Part shown: positions 23,201 to 38,200 of the stretch, one piece after another
Layout of the letters: each line of letters starts with the position of its first letter
Numbering within the stretch: position 1 is the first letter of the stretch
Assembly: GCA_043228905.1 (NCBI GenBank)
Contig: JBHGNT010000020.1
Span: 15,860,122-15,924,121 of the forward strand
Length of the DNA stretch: 64,000 nt
DNA from: Azolla caroliniana
Lineage: Eukaryota; Plantae; Polypodiophyta
Direction: 5' to 3'
Notes under the pieces: generated by a model
The model's input: the letters and a program-made list of their open reading frames with translations, nothing else
Told to the model about the DNA's origin: nothing
Database searches by the model: none
Translations under genes and position numbers: made by a program

Positions 23201-26200
23201 AAATCTTGATTTTTTAATTCCATGTCATAGGTAGGGTTGTGAGCTTCCATTCGCATCTTTGAACACAAAAATCCGATATCACACGAGCCAGGTATGACCA
23301 TTTTAATTTACTCACGGGCTCTTGTCAACTCCCTCCTCAAATTTGCTAATTTCTTCATGTCTCTCGACCTGAGTTTCAAAATCTTGATTTTTTAATTCTA
23401 TATCATAGCTAGCATTGTTAGCTTCGATAAGCATGTTTGAACACAGAAATCCGATATCACACGAGCCAGGTATGACCATTTTAATTTACTCAGGGGCTCT
23501 TCTCAACTCCCTCCTCAAATTTGCTAATTTTTTCATGTCTCTCGACCTGAGTTTCAAAATCTTGCTTTTTAAATTCAATACGATAGCTAGCTTTGTTAGC
23601 TTCGATTTGCATCTTTGAACACAAAAATCCGATATCACACGAGCGAGGTATGACCATTCTAATTTACTCATGGGCTCTTCTCAAGTCCCTCCTCAAATTT
23701 GCTAATTCCTTCATGTCTCTTGACCTGAGTTTCAAAATCTTGATTTTTTAATTCCATGTCATAGCTAGGGTTGTGAGCTTCGATTCGCATGTTTGAACAC
23801 AAAAATCCGATATCACACGAGCCAGGTATGACCATTTTAATTTACTCACAGGCTCTTCTCAAGTCCCTCCTCAAATTGGCTAATTCCTTCATGTCTCTCG
23901 ACCTGAGTTTCAAAATCTTGAGTTTTTAATGCCATGTCATAGCTAGACTTGTTATCTTCGATTCGCATGTTCGAACACAAAAATTTGATGTCACACGAGC
24001 CAGGTATGACCATTTTAATTTACTCACGGGCTCTTCTCAAGTCCCTCCTCAAATTTGCTAATTTCTTCATGTCTCTCGACCTGAGTTTCAAAATCTTGAG
24101 TTTTTAATTCCATGTCATAGCTAGAGTTGTTATCTTCGATTCGCATGTTTGAACACAGAAATCCGATATCACACAAGCCAGGTATGACCATTTTAATTTA
24201 CTTAGGGGCTCTTCTCAACTCCCTCCTCAAATTGGCTAATTCCTTCATGTCTCTCGAGCTGAGGTTCAAAATCTTGATTTTTTAATTCCATAAGATAGCT
24301 AGCGTTGTTAGCTTCGATTCGCATCTTTGAACACAAAAATCCGATATCACACGAGCCAGGTATGACCATTTTAATTTACTCACAGGCTCTTCTCAAGTCC
24401 CTCCTCAAATTGGCTAATTCCTTCATGTCTCTCGACCTGAGTTTCAAAATCTTGCTTTTTTAATTCCATAAGATAGCTAGCGTTGTGAGCTTCGATTCGC
24501 ATCTTTGAACACAAAAATCCGATATCACACGAGCCAGGTATGACCATTTTAATTTACTCACGGGCTCTTGTCAACTCCCTCCTCAAATTTGCTAATTCCT
24601 TCATGTCTCTCGACCTGAGTTTCAAAATCTTGATTTTTTAATTCCATAAGATAGCTAGCATTGTTAGCTTCGATAAGCATGTTTGAACACAAAAATCCAT
24701 TATCACACGAGCCAGGTATGAACATTTTAATTTACTTAGGGGCTCTTCTCAACTCCCTCCTCAAATTTGCTAATTTCTTCATGTCTCTCGACCTGAGTTT
24801 CAAAATCTTGATTTTTTAATTCCATGTCATAGCTAGGGTTCTGAGCTTCCATTTGCATCTTTGAACACAAAAATCCGATATCACACGAGCGAGGTATGAC
24901 CATTCTAATTTACTCATGGGCTCTTCTCAAGTCCCTCCTCAAATTTGCTAATTTCTTCATGTCTCTCGACCTGAGTTTCAAAATCTTGAGTTTTTAATTC
25001 CATGTCATAGCTAGAGTTGTGAACTTCGATTCGCATGTGCGAACACAAAAATCCGATATCACACGAGCGAGGTATGACCATTTTAATTTACTCACGGGCT
25101 CTTCTCAAGTCCCTCCTCAAATTTGCTAATTTTTTCATGTCTCTCGACCTGAGTTTCAAAATCTTGATTTTTAAATTCAATAAGATAGCTAGCTTTGTTA
25201 GCTTCGATTTGCATCTTTGAACACAAAAATCCGATATCACACGAGCGAGGTATGACCATTTTAATTTACTCACGGGCTCTTGTCAAGTCCCTCCTCAAAT
25301 TTGCTAATTTCTTCATGTCTCTCGACCTGAGTTTCAAAATCTTGATTTTTTAATTCTATATCATAGCTAGCATTGTTAGCTTCGATAAGCATGTTTGAAC
25401 ACAGAAATCCGATATCACACGAGCCAGGTATGACCATTTTAATTTACTCAGGGGCTCTTCTCAACTCCCTCCTCAAATTTGCTAATTTTTTCATGTCTCT
25501 CGACCTGAGTTTCAAAATCTTGATTTTTAAATTCCATAAGATAGCTAGCGTTGTTAGCTTCGATTCGCATCTTTGAACACAAAAATCCGATATCACACGA
25601 GCCAGGTATGACCATTTTAATTTACTCACAGGCTCTTCTCAAGTCCGTCCTCAAATTGGCTAATTCCTTCATGTCTCTCGACCTGAGTTTCAAAATCTTG
25701 ATTTTTTAATTCCATAAGATAGCTAGGGTTGTGAGCTTCGATTTGCATGTTTGATCACAAAAATCCATTATCACACGAGCCAGGTATGAACATTTTAATT
25801 TACTCACGGGCTCTTCTCAAGTCCCTCCTCAAATTTGCTAATTTCTTCATGTCTCTCGACCTGAGTTTCAAAATCTTGATTTTTTAATTCCATGTCATAG
25901 CTAGGGTTCTGAGCTTCCATTCGCATGTTTGAATACAGAAATCCGATATCACACGAGCCAGGTATGACCATTTTAATTTACTCACGGGCTCTTCTCAAGT
26001 CCCTCCTCAAATTTGCTAATTTCTTCATGTCTCTCGACCTGAGTTTCAAAATCTTGAGTTTTTAATTCCATGTCATAGCTAGAGTTGTGAGCTTCGATTC
26101 GCATGTTCGAACACAAAAATCCGATATCACACGAGCGAGGTATGACCATTTTAATTTACTCATGGGTTCTTCTCAAGTCCCTCCTCAAATTTGCTAATTC

Positions 26201-29200
26201 CTTCATGTCTCTCGACCTGAGTTTCAAAATCTTGATTTTTTAATTATATATCATAGCTAACGTTGTTAGTTTCGATTCGCATGTTTGAACACAGAAATCC
26301 GATATCACACGAGCCAGGTATGACCATTTTAATTTACTCACAGGCTCTTCTCAAGTCCCTCCTCAAATTGGCTAATTCCTTCATGTCTCTCGACCGGAGT
26401 ATCAAAATCTTGATTTTTTAATTCCATAAGATAGCTAGGGTTGTGAGCTTCGATTTGCATGTTTGATCACAAAAATCCATTATCACACGAGCCAGGTATG
26501 AACATTTTAATTTACTCACGGGCTCTTCTCAAGTCCCTCCTCAAATTTGCTAATTTCTTCATGTCTCTTGACCTGAGTTTCAAAATCTTGATTTTTTAAT
26601 TCCATGTCATAGCTAGGGTTCTGAGCTTCGATTCACATGTTTGAACACAAAAATCCGATATCACAAGAGCCAGGTATGACCATTTTAATTTACTCACGGG
26701 CTCTTGTCAACTCCCTCCTCAAATTTGCTAATTTCTTCATGTCTCTTGACCTGAGTTTCAAAATCTTGATTTTTTAATTCCATGTCATAGCTAGGGTTGT
26801 GAGCTTACAGTCACATCTTTGAACTCAAAAATCCGATATCACACGAGCCAGGTATGACCACTTTAATTTACTCACGGGCTCTTCTCAATTCCCTTCTCAA
26901 ATTTGCTAATTTCTTCATGTCTCTCGACCTGAGTTTCAAAATCTTGATTTTTTAATTCCATGTGATAGCTAGGGTTGTGAGCTTCGATTCGCATCTTTGA
27001 ACACAAAAATCTGATATCACACGAGCCAGGTATGACGATTTTAATTTACTCACAGGCTCTTCTCAAGTCCCTCCTCAAATTGGCTAATTCCTTCATGTCT
27101 GTCGACCTGAGTTTCAAAATCTTGATTTTTTAATTCCATAAGATAGCTAGGGTTGAGACCTTAGATTTGCATGTTTGATCACAAAAATCCATTATCACAC
27201 GAGCCAGGTATGAATATTTTAAATTACTCACGGGCTCTTTTCAACTCCCTCCTCAAATTTGCTAATTTCTTCATGTCTCTTGACCTGAGTTTCAAAATCT
27301 TGAGTTTTTAATTCCATGTCATAGCTAGGGTTGTGAGCTTTGATTCGCATGTTTGAACAGAAAAAACCGATATCACACGAGCCAGGTATGACCATTTTAA
27401 TTTACTAACGGGCTCTTGTCAACTCCCTCCTCAAATTTGCTAATTTCTTCATGTCTCTCGACCTGAGTTTCCAAATCTTGATTTTTAAATTCAATAAGAT
27501 AGCTAGCCTTGTTAGCTTCGATTTGCATGTTTGATCACAAAAATCCATTATCAAACGAGCCAGGTATGAACATTTTAATTTTGTCACGGGCTCTTCTCAA
27601 CTCCCTCCTCAAATTTGCTAATTTCTTCATCTCTCTCGACCTGATTTTCAAAATCTTGATTTTTTAATTCCATAAGATAGCTAGCGTTGTTAGCTTCGAT
27701 TCGCATCGTTGAACACAAAAATCCGATATCACACGAGCCAGGTATGACCATTTTAATTTACTCACGGGCTCTTGTCAACTCCCTCCTCAAATTTGCTAAT
27801 TTCTTCATGTCTCTCGACCTGAGTTTCCAAATCTTGATTTTTAAATTCAATAAGATAGCTAGCTTTGTTAGCTTCGATTTGCATGTTTGATCACAAAAAT
27901 CCATTATCACACGAGCCAGGTATGAACATTTTAATTTACTCACGGGCTCTTCTCAACTCCCTCCTCAAATTTGCTAATTTCTTCATGTTTCTCGACCTGA
28001 GTTTCAAAATCTTGATTTTTTAATTCCATGTCATAGCTAGGGTTGTGAGCTTCAATTCGCATGTTTGAACACAAAAATCCGATATCACACGAGCCAGGTA
28101 TGACCATTTTAATTTACTCACGGGCTCTTGTCAACTCCCTCCTCAAATTTGCTAATTTCTTCATGTCTCTCGACCTGAGTTTCCAAATCTTGATTTTTAA
28201 ATTCAATAAGATAGCTAGCTTTGTTAGCTTCGATTTGCATGTTTGATCACAAAAATCCATTATCACACGAGCCAGGTATGAACATTTTAATTTACTCACG
28301 GGCTCTTCTCAACTCCCTCCTCAAATTTGCTAATTTCTTCATGTTTCTCGACCTGAGTTTCAAAATCTTGATTTTTTAATTCCATGTCATAGCTAGGGTT
28401 GTGAGCTTCAATTCGCATGTTTGAACACAAAAATCCGATATCACACGAGCCAGGTATGACCATTTTAATTTACTCACGGGCTCTTGTCAACTCCCTCCTC
28501 AAATTTGCTAATTTCTTCATGTCTCTCGACCTGAGATTCAAAATCTTGATTTTTAAATTCAATAAGATAGCTAGCTTTGTTAGCTTCGATTTGCATCTTT
28601 GAACACAAAAATCCGATATCACACGAGCGAGGTATGACCATTTTAATTTACTCATGGGTTCTTCTCAAGTCCCTCCTCAAATTTGCTAATTCCTTCATGT
28701 CTCTTGACCTAAGTTTGAAAATCTTGATTTTTTAATTCCATGTCATAGCTAGGGTTGTGAGCTTCCATTCGCATCTTTGAACACAAAAATCCGATATCAC
28801 ACGAGCCAGGTATGACCATTTTAATTTACTCACGGGCTCTTGTCAACTCCCTCCTCAAATTTGCTAATTTCTTCATGTCTCTCGACCTGAGTTTCAAAAT
28901 CTTGATTTTTTAATTCTATATCATAGCTAGCATTGTTAGCTTCGATAAGCATGTTTGAACACAGAAATCCGATATCACACGAGCCAGGTATGACCATTTT
29001 AATTTACTCAGGGGCTCTTCTCAACTCCCTCCTCAAATTGGCTAATTCCTTCATGTCTCTCGAGCTGAGCTTCAAAATCTTGATTTTTTAATTCCATAAG
29101 ATAGCTAGCGTTGTTAGCTTCGATTCGCATCTTTGAACACAAAAATCCGATATCACACGAGCCAGGTATGACCATTTTAATTTACTCACAGGCTCTTCTC

Positions 29201-32200
29201 AAGTCCCTCCTCAAATTGGCTAATTCCTTCATGTCTCTCGACCTGAGTTTCCAAATCTTGATTTTTAAATTCAATAAGATAGCTAGCTTTGTTAGCTTCG
29301 ATTTGCATGTTTGATCACAAAAATCCATTATCACACGAGCCAGGTATGAACATTTTAATTTACTCACGGGCTCTTCTCAACTCCCTCCTCAAATTTGCTA
29401 ATTTCTTCATGTCTCTCGACCTGAGTTTCAAAATCTTGATTTTTTAATTCTATATCATAGCTAGCATTGTTAGCTTCGATAAGCATGTTTGAACACAGAA
29501 ATCCGATATCACACGAGCCAGGTATGACCATTTTAATTTACTCAGGGGCTCTTCTCAACTCCCTCCTCAACTTTGCTAATTTTTTCATGTCTCTCGACCT
29601 GAGTTTCAAAATCTTGATTTTTAAATTCAATAAGATAGCTAGCTTTGTTAGCTTCGATTTGCATCTTTGAACATAAAAATCCGATATCACACGAGCGAGG
29701 TATGACCATTCTAATTTACTCATGGGCTCTTCTCAAGTCCCTCCTCAAATTTGCTAATTCCTTCATGTCTCTTGACCTGAGTTTCAAAATCTTGATTTTT
29801 TAATTCCATGTCATAGCTAGGGTTGTGAGCTTCGATTCGCATGTTTGAACACAAAAATCCGATATCACACGAGCCAGGTATGACCATTTTAATTTACTCA
29901 CAGGCTCTTCTCAAGTCCCTCCTCAAATTGGCTAATTCCTTCATGTCTCTCGACCTGAGTTTCAAAATCTTGAGTTTTTAATTCCATGTCATAGCTAGAG
30001 TTGTTATCTTCGATTCGCATGTTCGAACACAAAAATTTGATGTCACACGAGCCAGGTATGACCATTTTAATTTACTCACGGGCTCTTCTCAAGTCCCTCC
30101 TCAAATTTGCTAATTTCTTCATGTCTCTCGACCTGAGTTTCAAAATCTTGAGTTTTTAATTCCATGTCATAGCTAGAGTTGTTATCTTCGATTCGCATGT
30201 TTGAACACAGAAATCCGATATCACACGAGCCAGGTATGACCATTTTAATTTACTCAGGGGCTCTTCTCAACTCCCTCCTCAAATTGGCTAATTCCTTCAT
30301 GTCTCTCGAGCTGAGGTTCAAAATCTTGATTTTTTAATTCCATAAGATAGCTAGCGTTGTTAGCTTCGATTCGCATCTTTGAACACAAAAATCCGATATC
30401 ACACGAGCCAGGTATGACCATTTTAATTTACTCACAGGCTCTTCTCAAGTCCCTCCTCAAATTGGCTAATTCCTTCATGTCTCTCGACCTGAGTTTCAAA
30501 ATTTTGATTTTTTAATTCCATGAGATAGCTAGGGTTGTGAGCTTCGATTTGCATGTTTGATCACAAAAATCCATTATCACACGAGCCAGGTATGAACATT
30601 TTAATTTACTCACGGGCTCTTCTCAAGTCCCTCCTCAAATTTGCTAATTTCTTCATGTCTCTCGACCTGAGTTTCAAAATCTTGAGTTTTTAATTCCATG
30701 TCATAGCTAGAGTTGTGAGCTTCGATTCGCATGTTCGAACACAAAAATCCGGTATCACACGAGCGAGGTATGACCATTTTAATTTACTCATGGGTTCTTC
30801 TCAAGTCCCTCCTCAAATTTGCTAATTCCTTCATGTCTCTCGACCTGAGTTTCAAAATCTTGATTTTTTAATTCTATATCATAGCTAGCATTGTTAGCTT
30901 CGATAAGCATGTTTGAACACAGAAATCCGATATCACACGAGCCCGGTATGACCATTTTAATTTACTCACGGGCTCTTCTCAAGTCCCTCCTCAAATTTGC
31001 TAATTTCTTCATGTCTCTCGAGCTGAAGTTCAAAATCTTGGTTTTTTAATTCCATAAGATAGCTAGCGTTGTTAGCTTCGATTCGCATCTTTGAACACAA
31101 AAATCCGATATCACACGAGCTAGGTATGACCATTTTAATTTACTCACAGGCTCTTCTCAAGTCCCTCCTCAAATTGGCTAATTCCTTCATGTCTCTCGAC
31201 CTGAGTTTCAAAATCTCGATTTTTTAATTCCATAAGATAGCTAGGGTTGTGAGCTTCGATTTGCATGTTTGATCACAAAAATCCATTATCACACGAGCCA
31301 GGTATGAACATTTTAATTTACTCACGGGCTCTTCTCAACTCCCTCCTCAAATTTGCTAATTTCTTCATGTCTCTCGACCTGAGTTTCAAAATCTTGAGTT
31401 TTTAATTCCATGTCATAGCTAGAGTTGTTATCTTCGATTCGCATGCTCGAACACAAAAATGTGATGTCACACGAGCCAGGTATGACCATTTTAATTTACT
31501 CACGGGCTCTTGTCAACTCCCTCCTCAAATTTGCTAATTTTTTCATGTCTCTCGACCTGAGTTTCCAAATCTTGATTTTTAAATTCAATAAGATAGCTAG
31601 CTTTGTTAGCTTCGATTTGCATCTTTGAACACAAAAATCCGATATCACACGAGCGAGGTATGACCATTCTAATTTACTCACGGGCTCGTCTCAAGTCCCT
31701 CCTCAAATTTGCTAATTCCTTCATGTCTCTTGACCTGAGTTTCAAAATCTTGAGTTTTTAATTCCATGTCATAGCTAGAGTTGTTATCTTCGATTCGCAT
31801 GCTCGAACACAAAAATTTGATGTCACACGAGCCAGGTATGACCATTTTAATTTACTTACGGGCTCTTCTCAAGTCCCTCCTCAAATTTGCTAATTTTTTC
31901 ATGTCTCTCGACCTGAGTTTCAAAATCTTGATTTTTAAATTCAATAAGATAGCTAGCTTTGTTAGCTTCGATTTGCATCTTTGAACACAAAAATCCGATA
32001 TCACACGAGCGAGGTATGACCATTCTAATTTACTCATGGGCTCTTCTCAAGTCCCTCCTCAAATTTGCTAATTTCTTCATGTCTCTCGACCTGAGTTTCA
32101 AAATCTTGATTTTTTAATTCCATGTCATAGCTAGGGTTGTGAGCTTCAATTCGCATGTTTGAACACAAAAATCCGATATCACACGAGCCAGGTATGACCA

Positions 32201-35200
32201 TTTTAATTTACTCAAGTCCCTCCTCAAATTTGCTAATTTCTTCATGTCTCTCGACCTGAGTTTCAAAATCTTGATTTTTTAATTCCATGTCATAGCTAGG
32301 GTTCTGAGCTTCCATTCGCATGTTTGAATACAGAAATCCGATATCACACGAGCCAGGTATGACCATTTTAATTTACTCACGGGCTCTTGTCAACTCCCTC
32401 CTCAAATTTGCTAATTTCTTCATGTCTCTCGACCTGAGTTTCCAAATCTTGATTTTTAAATTCAATAAGATAGCTAGCTTTGTTAGCTTCGATTTGCATG
32501 TTTGATCACAAAAATCCATTATCACACGAGCCAGGTATGAACATTTTAATTTACTCACGGGCTCTTCTCAACTCCCTCCTCAAATTTGCTAATTTTTTCA
32601 TGTTTCTCGACCTGAGTTTCAAAATCTTGATTTTTTAATTCCATGTCATAGCTAGGGTTATGAGCTTCAATTCGCATGTTTGAACACAAAAATCCGATAT
32701 CACACGAGCCAGGTATGACCATTTTAATTTACTCACGGGCTCTTGTCAACTCCCTCCTCAAATTTGCTAATTTCTTCATGTCTCTCGACCTGAGTTTCAA
32801 AATCTTGATTTTTAAATTCAATAAGATAGCTAGCTTTGTTAGCTTCGATTTGCATCTTTGAACACAAAAATCCGATATCACACGAGCGAGGTATGACCAT
32901 TTTAATTTACTCATGAGTTCTTCTCAAGTCCCTCCTCAAATTTGCTAATTCCTTCATGTCTCTTGACCTAAGTTTGAAAATCTTGATTTTTTAATTCCAT
33001 GTCATAGCTAGGGTTGTGAGCTTCCATTCACATCTTTGAACACAAAAATCCGATATCACACGAGCCAGGTATGACCATTTTAATTTACTCACGGGCTCTT
33101 GTCAACTCCCTCCTCAAATTTGCTAATTTCTTCATGTCTCTCGACCTGAGTTTCAAAATCTTGATTTTTTAATTCTATATCATAGCTAGCATTGTTAGCT
33201 TCGATAAGCATGTTTGAACACAGAAATCCGATATCACACGAGCCAGGTATGACCATTTTAATTTACTCAGGGGCTCTTCTCAACTCCCTCCTCAAATTGG
33301 CTAATTCCTTCATGTCTCTCGAGCTGAGGTTCAAAATCTTGATTTTTTAATTCCATAAGATAGCTAGCGTTGTTAGCTTCGATTCGCATCTTTGAACACA
33401 AAAATCCGATATCACACGAGCCAGGTATGACCATTTTAATTTACTCACAGGCTCTTCTCAAGTCCCTCCTCAAATTGGCTAATTCCTTCATGTCTCTCGA
33501 CCTGAGTTTCCAAATCTTGATTTTTAAATTCAATAAGATAGCTAGCTTTGTTAGCTTCGATTTGCATGTTTGATCACAAAAATCCATTATCACACGAGCC
33601 AGGTATGAACATTTTAATTTACTCACGGGCTCTTCTCAACTCCCTCCTCAAATTTGCTAATTTCTTCATGTCTCTTGACCTGAGTTTCAAAATCTTGATT
33701 TTTTAATTCCATGTCATAGCTAGGGTTGTGAGCTTCCATTCACATCTTTGAACTCAAAAATCCGATATCACACGAGCCAGGTATGACCACTTTAATTTAC
33801 TCACGGGCTCTTCTCAATTCCCTTCTCAAATTTGCTAATTTCTTCATGTCTCTCGACCTGAGTTTCAAAATCTTGATTTTTTAATTCCATGTCATAGCTA
33901 GGGTTGTGAGCTTCGATTCGCATCTTTGAACACAAAAATCCGATATCACACGAGCCAGGTATGACCATTTTAATTTACTCACAGGCTCTTCTGAAATCCC
34001 TCCTCAAATTGGCTAATTCCTTCATGTCTCTCGACCTGAGTTTCAAAATTTTGATTTTTTAATTCCATAAGATAGCTAGCGTTGTTAGCTTCGATTCGCA
34101 TCTTTGAACACAAAAATCCGATATCACACGAGCCAGGTATGACCATTTTAATTTACTCACAGGCTCTTCTCAAGTCCCTTCTCAAATTGGCTAATTCCTT
34201 CATGTCTCTCGACCTGAGTTTCAAAATCTTGATTTTTTAATTCCATAAGATAGCTAGGGTTGTGGGATTCGATTTGCATGTTTGATCACAAAAATCCATT
34301 ATCACACGAGCCAGGTATGAACATTTTAATTTACTCACGGGCTCTTCTCAACTCCCTCCTCAAATTTGCTAATTTCTTCACGTCTCTTGACCTGAGTTTC
34401 AAAATCTTGATTTTTTAATTCCATGTCATAGCTAGGGTTGTGAGCTTCGATTCGCATGTTTGAACACAAAAATCCGATATCACACGAGCCAGGTATGACC
34501 ATTTTAATTTACTCACGGGCTCTTCTCAACTCCCTCCTCAAATTTACTAATTTCTTCATGTCTCTCGACCTGATTTTCAAAATCTTGATTTTTTAATTCC
34601 ACAAGATAGCTAACGTTGTTAGCTTCGATTCGCATCTGTGAACACAAAAATCCGATATCACACGAGCCAGGTATGAACATTTTAATTTACTCACGGGCTC
34701 TTCTCAAGTCCCTCCTCAAATTGGCTAATTCCTTCATGTCTCTCGACCTGAGTTTCAAAATCTTGATTTTTTAATTCCATAAGCTAGTTAGGGTTGTGAG
34801 CTTCGATTTGCATGTTTGATCACAAAAATCCATTATCACACGAGCCAGGTATGAACATTTTAATTTACTCACGGGCTCTTTTCAACTCCCTCCTCAAATT
34901 TGCTAATTTCTTCATGTCTCTTGACCTGAGTTTGAAAATCTTGATTTTTTAATTCCATGTCATAGCTAGGGTTGTGAGCTTCGATTCGCATGTTTGAACA
35001 CAAAAATCCGATATCACACGAGCCAGGTATGACCATTTTAATTTACTCACGGGCTCTTGTCAACTCCCTCCTCAAATTTGCTAATTTTTTCATGTCTCTC
35101 GACCCGAGTTTCAAAATCTTGACTTTTTAATTCCATAAGATAGCTAGCTTTTTAGCTTCGATTTGCATGTTTGATCACAAAAATCCATTATCAAACGAGC

Positions 35201-38200
35201 CAGGTATGAAAATTTTAATTTCGTCACGGGCTCTTCTCAACTCCCTCCTCAAATTTACTAATTTCTTCATGTCTCTCGACCTGATTTTCAAAATCTTGAT
35301 TTTTTAATTCCATAAGATAGCTAGCGTTGTTAGCTTCGATTCGCATCTTTGAACACAAAAATCCGATATCACACGAGCCAGGTATGAACATTTTAATTTA
35401 CTCACGGGCTCTTCTCAAGTCCCTCCTCAAATTGGCTAATTCCTTCATGTCTCTCGACCTGAGTTTCAAAATCTTGATTTTTTAATTCCATAAGATAGTT
35501 AGGGTTGTGAGCTTCGATTTGCATGTTTGATCACAAAAATCCATTATCACACGAGCCAGGTATGAACATTTTAATTTACTCACGGGCTCTTTTCAACTCC
35601 CTCCTCAAATTTGCTAATTTCTTCATGTCTCTTGACCTGAGTTTGAAAATCTTGATTTTTTAATTCCATGTCATAGCTAGGGTTGTGAGCTTCCATTCGC
35701 ATGTTTGAACACAAAAATCCGATATCACACGAGCCAGGTATGACCATTTTAATTTACTCACGGGCTCTTGTCAACTCCCTCCTCAAATTTGCTAATTTCT
35801 TCATGTCTCTCGACCCGAGTTTCAAAATCTTGACTTTTTAATTCCATAAGATAGCTAGCGTTGTTAGCTTCGATTCACATCTTTGAACACATCTTCGAGC
35901 CAGGTATGAACATTTTAATTTACTCACGGGCTCTTTTCAACTCCCTCCTCAAATTTGCTAATTTCTTCATGTCTCTTGACCTGAGTTTCAAAATCTTGAT
36001 TTTTTAATTCCATGTCATAGCTAGGGTTGTGAGCTTCCATTCGCATCTTTGAACACAAAAATCCGATATCACACGAGCCAGGTATGACCATTTTAATTTA
36101 CTCACGGGCTCTTGTCAACTCCCTCCTCAAATTTGCTAATTTCTTCATGTCTCTCGACCTGAGTTTCAAAATCTTGATTTTTTAATTTGATAAGATAGCT
36201 AGCGTTGTTAGCTTCGATTCGCATCTTTGAACACAAAAATCCGATATCACACGAGCCAGGTATGACCATTTTAATTTACTCACAGGCTCTTCTCCAGTCC
36301 CTTCTCAAATTGGCTAATTCCTTCATGTCTCTCGACCTGAGTCTCAAAATCTTGACTTTTTAATTCCATAAGATAGCTAGCTTTGTTAGCTTCGATTTGC
36401 ATGTTTGATCACAAAAATCCATTATCAAACGAGCCAGGTATGAAAATTTTAATTTCGTCACGGGCTCTTCTCAACTCCCTCCTCAAATTTACTAATATCT
36501 TCATGTCTCTCGACCTGATTTTCAAAATCTTGATTTTTTAATTCCATAAGATAGCTAGCGTTGTTAGCTTCGATTCGCATCTTTGAACACAAAAATCCGA
36601 TATCACACGAGCCAGGTATGAACATTTTAATTTACTCACGGGCTCTTCTCAAGTCCCTCCTCAAATTGGCTAATTCCTTCATGTCTCTCGACCTGAGTTT
36701 CAAAATCTTGATTTTTTAATTCCATAAGATAGTTAGGGTTGTGAGCTTCGATTTGCATGTTTGATCACAAAAATCCATTATCACACGAGCCAGGTATGAA
36801 CATTTTAATTTACTCACGGGCTCTTTTCAACTCCCTCCTCAAATTTGCTAATTTCTTCATGTCTCTTGACCTGAGTTTGAAAATCTTGATTTTTTAATTC
36901 CATGTCATAGCTAGGGTTGTGAGCTTCCATTCGCATGTTTGAACACAAAAATCCGATATCACACGAGCCAGGTATGACCATTTTAATTTACTCACGGGCT
37001 CTTGTCAACTCCCTCCTCAAATTTGCTAATTTCTTCATGTCTCTCGACCCGAGTTTCAAAATCTTGACTTTTTAATTCCATAAGATAGCTAGCGTTGTTA
37101 GCTTCGATTCACATCTTTGAACACATCTTCGAGCCAGGTATGAACATTTTAATTTACTCACGGGCTCTTGTCAACTCCCTCCTCAAATTTGCTAATTTCT
37201 TCATGTCTCTCGACCTGAGTTTCAAAATCTTGATTTTTTAATTTCATAAGATAGCTAGCGTTGTTAGCTTCGATTCGCATCTTTGAACACAAAAATCCGA
37301 TATCACACGAGCCAGGTATGAGCATTTTAATTTACTCACAGGCTCTTCTCCAGTCCCTTCTCAAATTGGCTAATTCCTTCATGTCTCTCGACCTGAGTTT
37401 CAAAATCTTGATTTTTTAATTCCATAAGATAGCTAGGGTTGTGAGCTTCGATTTGCATGTTTGATCACAAAAATCCATTATCACACGAGCCAGGTATGAA
37501 CATTTTAATTTACTCACGGGCTCTTTTCAACTCCCTCCTCAAATTTACTAATTTCTTCATGTCTCTCGACCTGATTTTCAAAATCTTGATTTTTTAATTC
37601 CATAAGATAGCTAGCGTTGTTAGCTTCGATTCGCATCTTTGAACACAAAAATCCGATATCACACGAGCCAGGTATGAACATTTTAATTTACTCACGGGCT
37701 CTTCTCAAGTCCCTCCTCAAATTGGCTAATTCCTTCATGTCTCTCGACCTGAGTTTCAAAATCTTGATTTTTTAATTCCATAAGATAGTTAGGGTTGTGA
37801 GCTTCGATTTGCATGTTTGATCACAAAAATCCATTATCACACGAGCCAGGTATGAACATTTTAATTTACTCACGGGCTCTTTTCAACTCCCTCCTCAAAT
37901 TTGCTAATTTCTTCATGTCTCTTGACCTGAGTTTGAAAATCTTGATTTTTTAATTCCATGTCATAGCTAGGGTTGTGAGCTTCCATTCGCATGTTTGAAC
38001 ACAAAAATCCGATATCACACGAGCCAGGTATGACCATTTTAATTTACTCATGGGCTCTTGTCAACTCCCTCCTCAAATTTGCTAATTTCTTCATGTCTCT
38101 CGACCCGAGTTTCAAAATCTTGACTTTTTAATTCCATAAGATAGCTAGCGTTGTTAGCTTCGATTCGCATCTTTGAACACAAAAATCCGATATCACACGA

